Made by a program: the position numbers and the translations under genes. A DNA stretch of 62,905 nt, the filler included, from Octopus bimaculoides (taxonomy: Eukaryota): assembly GCF_001194135.2 (NCBI RefSeq). It is 6 parts of 6 records of this genome, joined end to end, with 100 filler letters (N's around TTAATTAATTAA, not from the genome) between each part and the next. Parts side by side here need not be neighbours in the genome. Positions count along the whole stretch, not along the records: positions 1 to 27,193 come from NC_068998.1; 5 more parts are not named here. One strand, written 5' to 3'. The notes below the pieces were generated by a model. That model did no database searches and had not been told where the DNA came from. It worked only from the letters and a program-made list of their open reading frames with translations. This document shows positions 1 to 14,100 of the stretch, piece after piece (the stretch's first letter is position 1; every line of letters starts with the position of its first letter).

Positions 1-814
1 GTGTTAATATAATCTCTGATCTAAAAGGATTACAGAGGTTCATAACATATCCTGTCCACTTACAAAGTACGCGTTGTGAGATGGCATGGTGGTTTACCGC
101 TAATTAGCCCGATCATGAAGCCCTGTGATCAAAAGGCGCTCCGACCATGATCATCTCATCTTATTTGGTTTTCGCATACAGTGTGTTTAGTATTTACATA
201 AGGCGACCATCAGTCGAAGTTGACCATATTCTGCACAAGTATATGCTGGTCTATTACCATCTAAGAGAAGGTAACTCCGCATACAAATGCTGCATCTCGA
301 TAACTACTGGGTTCGTCACACTATTTCCACCACAACAATACAAGCGTGGGGGACGAGAGAATGGATTGGCTCTGCACGAACCAAGCCTACTATAATACTC
401 ATCGTGCAGATTGTTCAGCAAACCAACACAAAGCGCTTTCAAACTTTATTCATAACTTCCGTGGCGAAGGACTCTGTGTAGCTGTGGCTTGTTCATTCTT
501 CATTTATCGAATATTCAATATTCGGCAGGCTTCTTACAGTTTCTGTCTACTATCAAATCCATTCGCAAGGCATTCGTTCGCCAAGGACTGTAGTAAAAAA
601 AACATAAATATATAAATAAATAAATGAAATACACGTTCTTTTTGTGTGTCTGATAAAGTTTATTTCATTTTTATGTTACAAATGAAAAACAGAATTTTGA
701 ATGAAACTGATCCAGTTATTAGTTGCCGATACCTGCCAAGACACTGAAAAAAAAATCAAAGGAAATAAATTTAGTTTATCAATTGTTTTTACATTCATTC
801 GACAGTTTATTAAT

Positions 815-1262
815 TGTACGTTCAACCGGTACTTACTCTACCCACCTCTAAACGATGAAATGCAACAGTAATGGCTGGAGAATTTGAACTCAGAATGTAA
901 AACTAGGAACAGATACCGCGAAACGTCTTGTCCGACGTGCTAACGATTTCACCAGTTTGCCACCGCGCAGCTTCAGGCCTACTAAATGCTGTTTTGTTCT
1001 CGTAACTTTTAGCTCCTAAATCCCATCGCAATACCTGCACATATAATACTTTCTATTATAAATAAAAAGCCTGAAATTTTAGGGGAGAGGGTTATTTGAT
1101 GACAACGACCTCCAGAGCTCAACTGGTACTTATTTCATCGACTCCGAAAGAATGAGAAGCAAAGTCGACCTCGGCGGAATTTGAACTCAAGAAGTGAGAA
1201 ACGAACGAAATGCCGCTAAGCATTTTCTCCTGCTGCTAAAGATTCTGTCCGTTCGCAATCTT
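815..1262 (-). mobile_element. Two tandem family-1 SINEs (about 815-965 and 1062-1262)
   Basis: Reverse-complement matches to the 5848 copy (ATTTGAACTCAG, AAAGTCGACCTCGGCGG). Confidence 0.7.
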
Positions 1263-1783
1263 ACCAGCAGCTAGAATGATTGCATTTTGTAAATTAAACG
1301 CTTCTTCTTATAGTAAAGGGACTATTGCATAATGTGAATAACTCATAAGTGATAATTTACTCTTTAACTCTTTTACTTGTTTCAGTCATTTGACTGCGGC
1401 CATGCTGGAGCACCGCCTTTAATATATATTAAGTTATGTATATATTTTTCATAGACATTAATTGAAATATTTTGTTAGATTTTTCCAAAATTGCTTGTGG
1501 AATTTAAAGTATGAAGGACGAAAGATTTGGTTTGTGTGTGTGTGTGTATGTGCGCGCGCGCGCGCGTGTGTATAATTGCCAGAATGTCTGGACGACTAAC
1601 AAAAGTAGTTTGATTGTTTTTTTGTGTATATGTGTATATGAGCGTATGTGTGCGTGTGTGCATATCAAATGCTTCATTAATCAATGTATGTGCACGTGTG
1701 ATGTGTGTGCGAGTGTGCATGCGTGGTGTGTATGTATGCATGTGTGTATGCACGTGTATGTATGCATGCTTGTGTATGTATAC

Positions 1784-1837
<54 letters not shown>

Positions 1838-3523
1838 CGCTTTACAGTGACTTACATTTTACAGGCTGCGCTGCACAGGAAAGTCCAAAACTTCTTAACG
1901 TTAGCTTCACAAGCTTCCACACAGCCGCCGTCCAAATTCAGATTTTTGATGTGGCTAATTATGTCAGTTACTGTAAAAGAAATTAGAACAATTGTTGTAC
2001 AATGATGTTTGTAATGTTAAAGTTTAACAAGTACAAGATGGCCGCGTATTCTGATTGGGAGAATGCAGTCGGGGAGACGAAAACGACAAACTGGAACCAT
2101 TAAGATTCTAACACAGAACTTAGAGATGTAACCCTGCACCGCAAGGGAATTTTCCGTTGCTCAACTGCTAATCCTTTAAATGTGATATCTACTTCTCTTC
2201 TCAGGCGCATTATTTCTCTGTTAAGTTAGTCATAAGTCCTTTTATTCTAATATCCTCATTCCTAGAACTGCTGCTCTCAAGAACTAACCACCATCGTCTT
2301 GTTTTCTTCTCAACTATGAGATTTAGTTCTTTAAGCTTTCTGTCAATCAACACCTTTTGAATATATAGCTTCCTTCTTTATCTTTATTTTATTTTTTTCT
2401 AGTCCCTTACGCCACAATGGCTTCAAACCCTGTTTGGGACTAATTCGTATAAAATAGATAGATAAATAGATAAATAAAAACCTATTACCTTTAACAATGT
2501 TTATAGCGATTTCTACTAATGCCGTCCTCCTTTAATAGTGTTTGTAACGTTCAGCCATACACAGGATATGGCTTTAAACTGCATCCGGTAGTGGGCTCTT
2601 GTTCGGGAGTTCCAAGGTTTTGAGGACTATAGAACTACCTTTTACCCACCATTGTCCCCAGATCTATTCTGACCCGAAGTAGTAGCACCCGTCAGGCCCC
2701 CAGATATACATTAAATAGCATATAATCACCCGAGCCAGGATTCATTGAAATCGGGGGATGCAGCATGGTATTTGTGAACTATTTCGACAAATGAATATAT
2801 TGAATCAGTGACGACCAAGGAGTCACGCATTGAGACTGGACCCGAAACCACATGTCTGGGAGACAAACTTCTTGCCACACAACCAAACATAAAAATTCAT
2901 TATATATTTAACGTTATGTTGGAACTGCTCAGAGGGCGTTAATGACTGCTACAAAATCAAAAAGGGATGTTTGAGTAAAAATGGCAGATGAGCACCGTTT
3001 TGGGACAAATTGAGAAAAAGAGCGTAAAAAAAAAAGAATCCGTAATCTTAAGAAGTGCAGAAGACATTGGATCGCATGATTCTGAAGGAAAGGTCGTCGC
3101 TTTGGGTGTTGACCTGGGGTTAAACAACAATAATATCATACTAATATATCTAATATATATATATATATATANNNNNNNNNNNNNNNNNNNNNNNNNNNNN
3201 NNNNNNNNNNNNNNNNNNNNNNNNNNNNNNNNNNNNNNNNNNNNNNNNNNNNNNNNNNNNNNNNNNNNNNNNNNNNNNNNNNNNNNNNNNNNNNNNNNNN
3301 NNNNNNNNNNNNNNNNNNNNNNNNNNNNNNNNNNNNNNNNNNNNNNNNNNNNNNNNNNNNNNNNNNNNNNNNNNNNNNNNNNNNNNNNNNNNNNNNNNNN
3401 NNNNNNNNNNNNNNNNNNNNNNNNNNNNNNNNNNNNNNNNNNNNNNNNNNNNNNNNNNNNNNNNNNNNNNNNNNNNNNNNNNNNNNNNNNNNNNNNNNNN
3501 NNNNNNNNNNNNNNNNNNNNNNN

Positions 3524-3578
<55 letters not shown>

Positions 3579-3625
3579 AGGTAGATGCTTATTGTGCGTG
3601 TTTATGTGTGTAGATAGATAAATAG

Positions 3626-3690
<65 letters not shown>

Positions 3691-4469
3691 AAAGAAGAAA
3701 GGATACTTGTTAGAGTATTCAAGCACACACGAAGTCCAAAAGTTAAGGTCGAGTTACGAAATTAGGAGACAATTCATCCAAATATACCTGGAACAAAACT
3801 TACTGAAATGTGCACAAGATGTGGTTTGTCAAAAGCAGGATGTGAGGCCTTTTATATTGTAATTTTGAGTGACATCTGTCCCATAGAACTGAGAAAATAG
3901 GGATGTTAAAGGGAGCATAAAAACAAAATAAACCAAACAAATAAAAAAAAGTCTAAAATGTAATCTGAAGATAATGTTGAAAAATATATACATACACCTG
4001 CTTTAATTCCAGGAATTTGGACGTGAGCTATAAAGATTTCTCGAAGTAATCACGTTGAGTTTGATATTATTTGTTAATTAGTTACCTAGTTTGTTAGCTA
4101 GCTAGCTAGATAGATAAAAATGCTTGTTATTGTCCAAAGCATTTTTATAAATTTGTCCTAAACATCCATGTTTGTGTTCAGACTTTTAGTTTATCCTTAT
4201 TTCACACGCTCTTAGGAAGGTAAAGCTTTCATTTCATAAGTCCTAATTTACTCTGGTGGTTGAAAAAAAAAATCAGGGTCGTGTGTCGCATATGATGTAT
4301 AGATGCCAGAGAAACTTTGCATCACATTTAATCCAGAGGATAGGCAAAGGGTTAAAGATACACAATGTTTTAAAGATGAGACCGAGAGGAGAAATCCATC
4401 CATCCATCCATCTTCTCCGCTCATTATCACTAGGAGGCACCTTCTCCATAGGAGCAACCATTATTAGAA

Positions 4470-5030
4470 TTTCCGGCTGGATTCCCAGTAGTGAATATTA
4501 TCCAACCATCTCGTTCATGATCTACCCCTAGGTCACCTGCCGGTTACCTCGATATGAAGAATCTGCCTTGTGATTCTTTCCTGCGATATTCTAATCACAT
4601 GTTCATTTTACTGGAGCTGTGACCTCCCAATGCAGAGAAACAGCGACTCAGCTTTGAATAGACTCGCTGATCTGCGCACTACTCACCCTGTCGAGTAACG
4701 TTACTCCAGAGATTATTCGAAGGAACTACATTTCGACCTCTTGTAAACGCGATCGTACTGCTTCGGTCTTTACTCAATGTTCCTGACCATAATTGAGGAT
4801 AGATACACAAATCAAATTGAAGATAGCGAGTTCGGATTTCTTTTACCAACTTCTCTTATTCTGAAGATCGAATGCTGGAGTTGGTGCATGACCGTTTCAG
4901 TGCCTGCAATTCTAATTCTAACAACCAGTTCAGCCTCCTGCTTCTTATCACTCGTGAGTACAGCTTCGAGATACTTAAACCTCTCTATTTGTTTCAGTGA
5001 TGTTTCATTAACATACAAATAATGCAAAAT
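4470..5030 (-). mobile_element. RTE-clade LINE 3' fragment, decayed
   Basis: LKQIERFKYLEAVLTSD..ELVVRI; RSRLQEVEM*FLRIISGVTLLDRV; RQILHIEVTGR*PRGRS*TRWLD. Typical RTE post-RT motifs with stops. Confidence 0.8.
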
Positions 5031-5109
5031 TTACTGAAAAACAAAACTTATTGAAGCGTGAGTGGGATATGGCGTATTGCTTAATTTTCCTTTGTATCAA
5101 ATGCAAATG

Positions 5110-5300
5110 TACGAGGGTCGAATGGAAAGTTCATACTCTCATGGAATGTGACCAAATGAAGTATATTTTTCAACATAGTACCTCTTCCGGTCCACACACT
5201 TCTTCTATCAGTGTTACAGTGCTTGGATCCCACTGGTGGAGAAACTTTCATCCTATTGCTCAAGAAAGTCATCAACTGCGGACACGACGTCATCATCACT
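5110..5300 (-). mobile_element. Mariner (Tc1/mariner) 3' end fragment
   Basis: TA-CGAGGGTCG terminus; minus strand reads GIQAL*H**KKCVDRKRYYVEK, the mariner transposase C-terminus. Confidence 0.75.
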
Positions 5301-5847
5301 GCGGTACTGGCAATGTTTCGGGCCATGTTTGCCAATTGGGGCTTAGGAGATTTTTATAATGTTTGTGCTAAAAGTTGATTACATAGATGTGACGAAGATT
5401 TTTCCAACTGTAGTTACTACTAGTATGCTGAAGGGTGGGTTATACTAGCAAATATTTAATCGCTTACTGGAATATCTATGGTTGTTAACTTATCCTTAAA
5501 GGATAGGATGTTAAAGTATTCTGAACAAAAAGCCCTTACAGATTTGTTCATTAGCAACTAAGTGTGAAAGCAGAAAGGATATATTTCTAATTCCTTCAAG
5601 AATTTCTTAGGCTGATTTGTATACTTCTGACTATATTGTAAGGTTTCATTAGATTTGTAGAATTGAAAATCTAGAGACATTTGAGTTTGAGTGACATCTA
5701 GGAAGTGAGCGTGGGTGAGGTTGGTTTCCGCTGTGAAAACCTGCACTCTTAATGAAAGAGTGCAGGTTTTTCTCTCCACCTGTCCGTTGTTTATAGGTTC
5801 CAGTTGTGCAATATCAGAGATCCATCATCTCGATATAATCCTCTTCT

Positions 5848-6082
5848 AAGGCGGCGAGCTGGCAGAAACGTTAGCACGCCAGGCGAAATGCTTAGCGGTA
5901 TTTCGTCTGTCTTTACGTTCTGAGTTCAAATTACACCGAGGTCGACTTTGCCTTTCATCCTTTCGGGGTCGATAAATCAAGTACCAGTTACGCACTGGGG
6001 TCGATGTAATCGACTTAATCCCTTTGTCTGTCCTTGTTTGTCCTCTCTATGTTTAGCCCCTTGTAGGCAATAAAGAAATAAG
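5848..6082 (+). mobile_element. tRNA-derived SINE, family 1 (near-consensus copy)
   Basis: AAGGCGGCGAGCTGGCAGAAACGTTAGC head, B box GAGTTCAAAT, body GCCTTTCATCCTTTCGGGGTCGATAAA; more than 12 related copies in the window. Confidence 0.85.
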
Positions 6083-6399
6083 AAGCAACGTATAAAATAA
6101 TGTAAACAAACCACCGCTCCCGCCATCGCTAAATTCGAGTGTCTCCAAATTTAGCTGACTCAGTAGCGAAGACTGCGGAATACATTTAAATCAAAAACAT
6201 TCTAGAATTACAATTCGCAAAAAATTTTGCTACTTTCTCGAAACTTTCGTTGAGCAACAGACTATTCCCAACAAAAGTGAGAGAAAAAAATCGACCGTTC
6301 TAATGTTAATTACTAGAATATTAATACTCTTATATACACAGCCGCTATTACTCTTAAAGGACACCTAGGAGAAATCTACAGTGAACAAAATAACGAAAT

Positions 6400-6870
6400 T
6401 ACTAAACAGAAACAACCTAGATAGAAAACAAAACTTGAAGAAAACGTGAGCCACCATACTGGATGGTTAACTACAACAATAAAATGTAAGGAGAAAAATG
6501 AGTTTACACCACACCAACTCTACCTTAGACAAAAGTTAATGAAACTTTATGGAAACTCTTGACACTGAGCACTTGGGGGAAAGCTAATCACTTTAGAACA
6601 TGAACTCAGGACGATGAGCGAGAAACTCCGCTATCGCATGCGAATCTTTGAGCGAGCCAGTATCATTCGCAAGTTTGCTTGCAACCCACAAGCATTATAC
6701 AGAGAGATGAGGAACGAAATATGACCATTAAGAAAGCTCCTTCCCAAGTAGATCTACAATCATTCTGGCCAAAACTTTGGAACGGAAACTGGGATTTCAA
6801 CCTGAATGCATCATGGTTAAATACAATTTAGACAGAATACTGTACCAACACTTACAGTAAAACATACAAA
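6400..6870 (+). mobile_element. R4/Dong-like (RLE-type) non-LTR fragment, pre-RT region
   Basis: LRYRMRIFERASIIRKFACNPQALYREMR and APSQVDLQSFWPKLW resemble the F..N.K.FYR...P..E....FW..IW block of this clade; frameshifted. Confidence 0.55.
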
Positions 6871-7489
6871 ACTGTATGTATTTATAATGAATAAGCAGCG
6901 TCTATTTGCAAAACCGAGAAATATTTAATGTAGTTTCTTTACTATATATGACATTTGTAGTATGGCAAGTGCACAAATAAAAGTGCAAACACATTTTGAA
7001 AAGCCTTTAATCCTTCATGTGTGTATGTGTGTGGTGGGGTGTATAGGTAGAGGTTATTTGTGTGAAATGAGGTTAGTTATTTCAATATGTGCTTCATCTG
7101 AACGACCATTTGTATTTGCGTATGCGTACATCTGTCTGTGTATGTGCAAACGCATGTATGTATGTCAGGATGTATATGTATATATGTATATATATTTGCA
7201 TAAATATATATGGATGTATGTATCTATGTATGTACATTTGAAACGAAAGTGATAGATTTTTATCTTTAATGATATTTTCATTTCACTTACTGCTGATAAC
7301 ACCGTTTAGTAATGACATATGCGTCACACGGTTGCCGCCTACTTCTAATCTCCCACTTTGTGTATGTTTATATATATATATATATATATATATNNNNNNN
7401 NNNNNNNNNNNNTATATATTCGGCGGCTGAAGGGACATGCCATATCATGTCGATATGGTGTAGCCGACTTCCAAATTGTAGTGTATAGA

Positions 7490-8101
7490 TGTAACGCTTG
7501 AAGGTTCTCGCGTCGGAGTAACCACTGAACATAGAAGAATCAACACCAAGAAGGAATAAATGTTATTTACATATATTTATTCGTTTTCCCAAACATGTAG
7601 TTAGACACAGTTGTAATTATAGTGTCAGTGACAACAAGCTCGCTCGCTGCTTGGTAGTTGATAGTGTAGAAGTTGCTGTCTGCCAGTAGAGAGTGAAAGA
7701 GTAAGGAGATGCACGATGCAGACCAGAAAGGAAGAAAGGATAAAGGTGGTATCGTCTTTCTTGCAGCTGAAGGCTTCTCTTCGTATGTCTAGTGAAATAC
7801 GAAGGGAAGTGTTGCTCCTTGGTCATAGCTGACGCAAAAGAGAGAGATAGGAAATGTTCTCTGTTATATAGACTATGGTCAGTAATGTAGGTCAGACCCT
7901 AAACAAAGTGCTGACTTTTCCTTGACCAGCACAGGTCCTTGGGGATCAAGTGTTTTCCCATCAATCACAAAGGATTTCCCACTTGTTTCGACAAAACTAG
8001 ATTGGTCCAGTAACTTTGTTTGCTGAGAGGAATAAACAAGAGAACTTCTGGAGCATAGATACAGAGCTGTTCGCAGAGAGTGAATGATGTTGATGGTGAC
8101 A
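7490..8101 (-). mobile_element. Probable solo LTR (612 bp)
   Basis: Ends TGTAAC...GTGACA (TG..CA with a 6-bp imperfect IR); on -, TATATAA (7870-7864) lies upstream of AATAAA (7581-7576); no TSD seen. Confidence 0.45.
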
Positions 8102-8439
8102 TAATGTAACCTTGTCCTGCTCACGATTCGATTGCTTGTCTGTTATCAGCACACGCTTATGTTACAAGCTGATAATAACTCAACCCGCCCCCGCTACACA
8201 CATGTTGCAAGCTGATAATAAATCAACCCACTACGCACTCACACATACACACACGCACACACCCCCACACACACACTCACTCACATGCCAACACACGCGC
8301 AGAAACAAATGCATTTCATCAACATTTTTTCACGTTTTTTTTCTTTTTTGGTTTTTAATAAAGAAGCGAAGAGTCATTGAGAATTAAGTTGCTCTTTGTT
8401 ATCTAATACTCCTTTTGCTTCCAGACGTTAGATAATTGG

Positions 8440-8878
8440 CAAACACGTACTGTACATACGTTCATACATACATGCATGCATACATACATATATGCACATA
8501 CATATATGCACATTCATACATACATATACACGCATACGTACATACATGCATTGAGCGTCAAACGAACACCTTGTTTTTCCTTCACCTGTCCGTCTTCTGT
8601 TCTTTGTTTTTGTACTATTTTGAACCATGTATGCATATAATATATGCATATATTTATGTATACACAGACACAGATACACACACGTACACACACATATATA
8701 TGTATACATATATATATACATACATATTTATATATATATGCACATATATATATTGATATATACATGTATATGTGTGTGTGTGTATGCACATATATACAGA
8801 TACACACACACACACACATATATATATATACACACATGTATATATATATATGCACAAACACACACAGACGCGCGCGCA

Positions 8879-8929
<51 letters not shown>

Positions 8930-8930
8930 G
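8440..8930. repeat. Mosaic (CA)/(TA)/(CATA) dinucleotide region
   Basis: Direct reading; similar tracts at about 1530-1835, 42820-43180, 46000-46390, 48905-49110 and 56836-57365. Confidence 0.9.
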
Positions 8931-9326
8931 CATTTTTTTTTCGGTTTCAGCTCAAAGCTTGAAATCTAAGTAAATAAAATCTAAATAATTGCTTAAACGT
9001 TTATCTTGATTTCAGTTAAATCTATTTTAAGTCCATCATGAAAACACGTAAGACAGCTATTTGAATAAATCATTTTACATGGTATATATTATATTATATT
9101 TACTCTATGGATTTTTAACGATATGAATTGATTGACTTGACGATATGAATTGATTGACTTGTAAGTAAAAGAAGCTTTTTTCGCAATTCTCATCATTTTC
9201 GTGTTTCTAAATATTAGTTAACTTGTCGTGTCTTAAAACATTTTGATACATCTTCCATTGAAATTTATACTACATTCAGCCTAGTGGTGTCTGTCCATCG
9301 GCAGACGACCTCTTGACTAGATATAG

Positions 9327-9543
9327 CCTTTCTCTACTATAGGCACAAGGTCTGAAGTTTGATATAGGGGCTAGTCGATAACATCGTTCCAAGCGCTTAA
9401 CGAGTATTTATTTCATCCACTTCAAAAGGATGAAAGCGGTAAAAATCAACTTCGGTGAAATTTGAAATCAGAACGTAATGACGGACGAAATGCCGTTAAG
9501 CATTTTGTCCGGCGTGCTAACGATTCTGCCAGCTTACAGCCTC
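9327..9543 (-). mobile_element. Family-1 SINE
   Basis: Reverse-complement match; head abuts the (AAT)n array. Confidence 0.75.
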
Positions 9544-9544
9544 A

Positions 9545-10334
<790 letters not shown>

Positions 10335-11016
10335 CTGACGTTGCTTATTTCTTTCTCTATAATGATATGTGGTCCTCTTGCTTCACTTGTACGATCAGTC
10401 TGTTTGGGGAAATCCCATAGAATCATGCAATTTTTCTTCTCTATCTAATCCTGTGGCTCGCATTTATACCATTTTCGCTTACTTTGCACCAACACACTCG
10501 AATAACATCCCAATTCACATTTTACTGACACAATCCTGCCTGCACTATACTCTTTTATTGTTTCTAGTTCACTGCTCTCCCTCAAAAGATGGTTAGTACT
10601 TTCGTTTTTTCCCCAATAGATTCTGTGTTTGTTCCCTGACTGAATTGGATCAAATCTTGCCTTTATCAAGTTTGTCCCAATGACTCGTTTTCTGAGCGAC
10701 TACAATTAGCGAGTCGGTTACTTGCTTCAGATTCCTGTCCGTCAATCACAACCTGTTTCCTTTACTTCCAGCGTCCCTAGTTTGTTAGTTAGAAATTTTG
10801 AGGTATGGCAGTTAGTCGATACTTTCAATCCCAGTATTTGATAACTAATTTTACCAAAAAACCTCGTTGTTTATTACACCAAAGCGTTTCTCATTAAGGA
10901 TTTCAAATTTTATTGGCTCAAAGGTCTTATGACACTGGAAAGATTACATAGGCAGAATACATAGGAAAACAACCGACAAGAATCAGTGAAGGGTTTACCT
11001 GGAGTATAAAAGTGAG

Positions 11017-11119
11017 ATGAACAGTAACGATAAAGACACAATGGAGAAAGAAACAACACAGACAATGTGTATGGACAGAAGACCTATAGACCGTGGATGG
11101 GCCTGGGTTGTGTTGGCAG
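11017..11119 (+). CDS. MCT paralog A coding exon 1 (MNSNDKDTMEKE...DRGWAWVVLA)
   Basis: First in-frame ATG after an upstream TGA (alternative ATG at 11041); donor G|gtaaag at 11120. Confidence 0.85.
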
Positions 11120-14100
11120 GTAAAGTTATCGTTCTTTTTTCGCAGTTTAATAACAAACTCACTCAGAAATACAGATGTTTTCACGTTATACACTTGTACA
11201 CGTTGTTGAGTGTATTTATATGTGTCTGTTAGTGCGTACGTATGTTCGAGGGGGTGCTGAAAAGTTCCTGGCTTTGGGTAAAATAAAATACAAGAGGATC
11301 AGTTAATTACGATTTTATTCAACGCATACCCCTCTCAGATTCACACATTTATTGCAGCAGTCCTTCAGTTTTTCTAAGCCCTGTAAATGAACTCGGAAGG
11401 TTAGGCCGCCAACCAGACCTTTCGCGACATACATACATACATACTGATAGAGGATGTTTGACAGTTGAGAAAACAAATAAAAGTTGTAAAAAAATTCACT
11501 GAAATATTTTAAGGGATCGTTTTCATATTTATATAAGAATCTTAAAAAGTCATAAGTAGCAGATTTGAATTTGTGGAAAAGAAGCTACCCGATTTTTCAT
11601 CTATTTTTTTTATAGCTGTAACATCAATAATGACTCTTGTGGTGGGGAATATACGGCACTTCGGTATCTTTTTCTTGGAAATTCAGTATTTATTCAGTGC
11701 GTCTTCAACAGCTGTTTCATCAATTCTGAGTGTAGAATATACAACAAGTTGTTTAACAGGTAAGGATATAACATATAATACAATAATCGAAACATTTGAT
11801 AAATATGTGTGTGGGTGTGTGTGTGTGTGTGTGTAAAATGGGGAAGGCCGGTTAATGGGTTTAACTTAGGTTTCCCGTCCATAAATGTTTTAGCTTTATA
11901 ACGTATTGTCAGATCCCAAAAACCTGTTGGCCCAAGACCAAAACTTATGTAGGATACTCACCCTAGATTACGATAGACTACTAGAAAATAATATCACACA
12001 AAATTATAGGCATGCTTCCCCACACACATTCAACGACATTTACAGTGAAGCTAAAAAATTAGCTAACGAACTAGAGATGGAGGATATAGTAAAGATCTTA
12101 GCTAAAAGAAACGTCTTCATTACCATAAAAGATCATAAACAGAACTTTGCCTCAAACTTTAAATATCGCCTGATTAATCCGGCCAAATCCGAGATCGGTC
12201 TGGCGAGCAAGCACATATTGAAAAATATCAGTAACGGCGTTAGGAGGGCCATCAACCTTTCTCTGATGGTTTAACACCAACAAGGGAAGTGGCAGAGCGA
12301 GGTTCACTCACTTTGATACAGTCGACTTTTACCCGTCTATATCAAAAGGACTACTGACCAAGGCGCTTTCTTTCGTTAGGGGCTTATAGAAGTCATTATG
12401 CATGCCAGAAAGACAGTGCTGTTCAACAAAGGTTCGACATGGGTCTAGCAATCCGTCCACATGGGCTCCTTTGACGTAGCGATGGGAGTCTTCATATGCG
12501 ACCTCATCGAGTTGTATAGTCTCGATACCCTTTGGAAAAAGTCCCCCTTTGTCCTCTTTGGCCTCTACAGAGATGATGCTTCTAAAGAGATGACCGTTAA
12601 TTTCCATAATGATGAAGTTAAAAGGATTTTTAAAAACCAAACCTTGTGCAAAATTTGGTTACAATATGGTCAAAGGTACCGTATGTTGTGAAACTAGTTC
12701 TATGTGGTGAATTGTATGAAGAGGCAAGCTCCTGGATGATCCGGTTTGAATTGTAATCTAGTTTGGTTTTAATTGCTGATTTAGATCCACTCATTCCAAA
12801 ATTAGGTGTCCAATGACCTTGAGGATAGGCATGACCATCACTGAATCTTTCTTGTTTTCTTCTTGTATAAATGTAACGAGGTATAGTCTTAACAACACTT
12901 TATATAGTAATTTTCTCCATCTATCGTTTTAAGAAAAATTTCTTCGTATTCATGTTTTTCCTAAATTTACTAAAATGTTTTTTACTTTCCTCCCCCCCCT
13001 CTCTCTCTCTCTCTCTCTTTAAATTCTTCCCTTTCTCTTCCTCATATTCTTTCCTCTTCACTTTCTGTTTTTGTCCTCTTCCTTTATTCTCCTTACTTCC
13101 TTTTCTCTATTCTTTTATTTTCAAGGATTTGTAGCGATGAACCTTCTGGCAAAATTCATTTCATTCAGAACACTTGTCCTTTGTGGTTCTATTTTGTGTT
13201 CACTGACTTTTATCCTTGATTCTATTTCAAAAGATGTATTTTTACTACCGTTTATGCATATACTTAGTGGTAAGTAATTTATTAGTCTAAATTTAATAAG
13301 TTAATTAATTGTTTCTTTGACTGATGTTGTAGAACTATAAGTAGACTGTAAGTTCTAGATGAGATGAGATATCGTTACAGTTCCCTAACGCAATTGTAGC
13401 TATTTTTCTCTTCGTTCCTAACTAATAACAAAACTAACATTTCCCTTTCGTCCAAGAGTTTGGGCCACATGATCATTTGAACAATGTGACGGGAGACTAG
13501 TCCAGTCTCACTCTGCAGCATACATAAAATCAGAATCAAACACTTTGTCTAGTTATCTACCACTTAATGTCCGTCTTTTTATCTAACTCTTTACTTCATT
13601 TATAACTAAAAAAAAAAAAAAATACTTTGCTTTTTTTTTAATAATATAGTCACGTATGAAAAAGTAGTGCCTGAATTTTTTCAGGCTCAACATGACTAGT
13701 GGAATTGGTTAAGGTTTATTGTCCAACTTCGACAGATATAGGTCGATGTGTGTAGAAAAACCGACTGCACAGAAAACAAATTTATGGCCACTTTGAATTG
13801 GTCATCCACAGACCTATGTTATCCCTGCATACAGAACAGCTTACCCAGATACAATCTGGCTGACCTGATCCAGTATGTCCATGTCTACATTAGCACATTT
13901 GCGGAATACAGTTGATACTCGTTTGACAGTTGGAAAGGCTTGTACAGACTTGTGAGGTTTTTGTACCCCTCTCACATCAGCTAGCCTCACGCAGTCCCAT
14001 TATGCTTCCAAGATACCTTTCCAATCTGTCACAAATGCTAAAAAGAGAATGTTTCCAGAGAAAACTTTAGAACCCTGGAGAAATCTGGTTGCCCGAAACA

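Noticed and set aside
1475-2005. CV/HT/YI-rich ORFs here and at 8.4-9.0, 42-44, 46, 49 and 57 kb, plus poly-I, poly-E and X-filled ORFs
   Set aside because: These are translations of microsatellites or N gaps.
5848-6082. tRNA genes or CRISPR-like repeat-spacer arrays
   Set aside because: The tRNA-like heads lack a cloverleaf and continue into SINE bodies; the repeats are irregularly dispersed with no fixed spacer length.
11005-11011. TATAAAA just upstream of MCT A
   Set aside because: Only 5 nt separate it from the ATG at 11017, too close for a TATA box serving that start; the true promoter is not identifiable.
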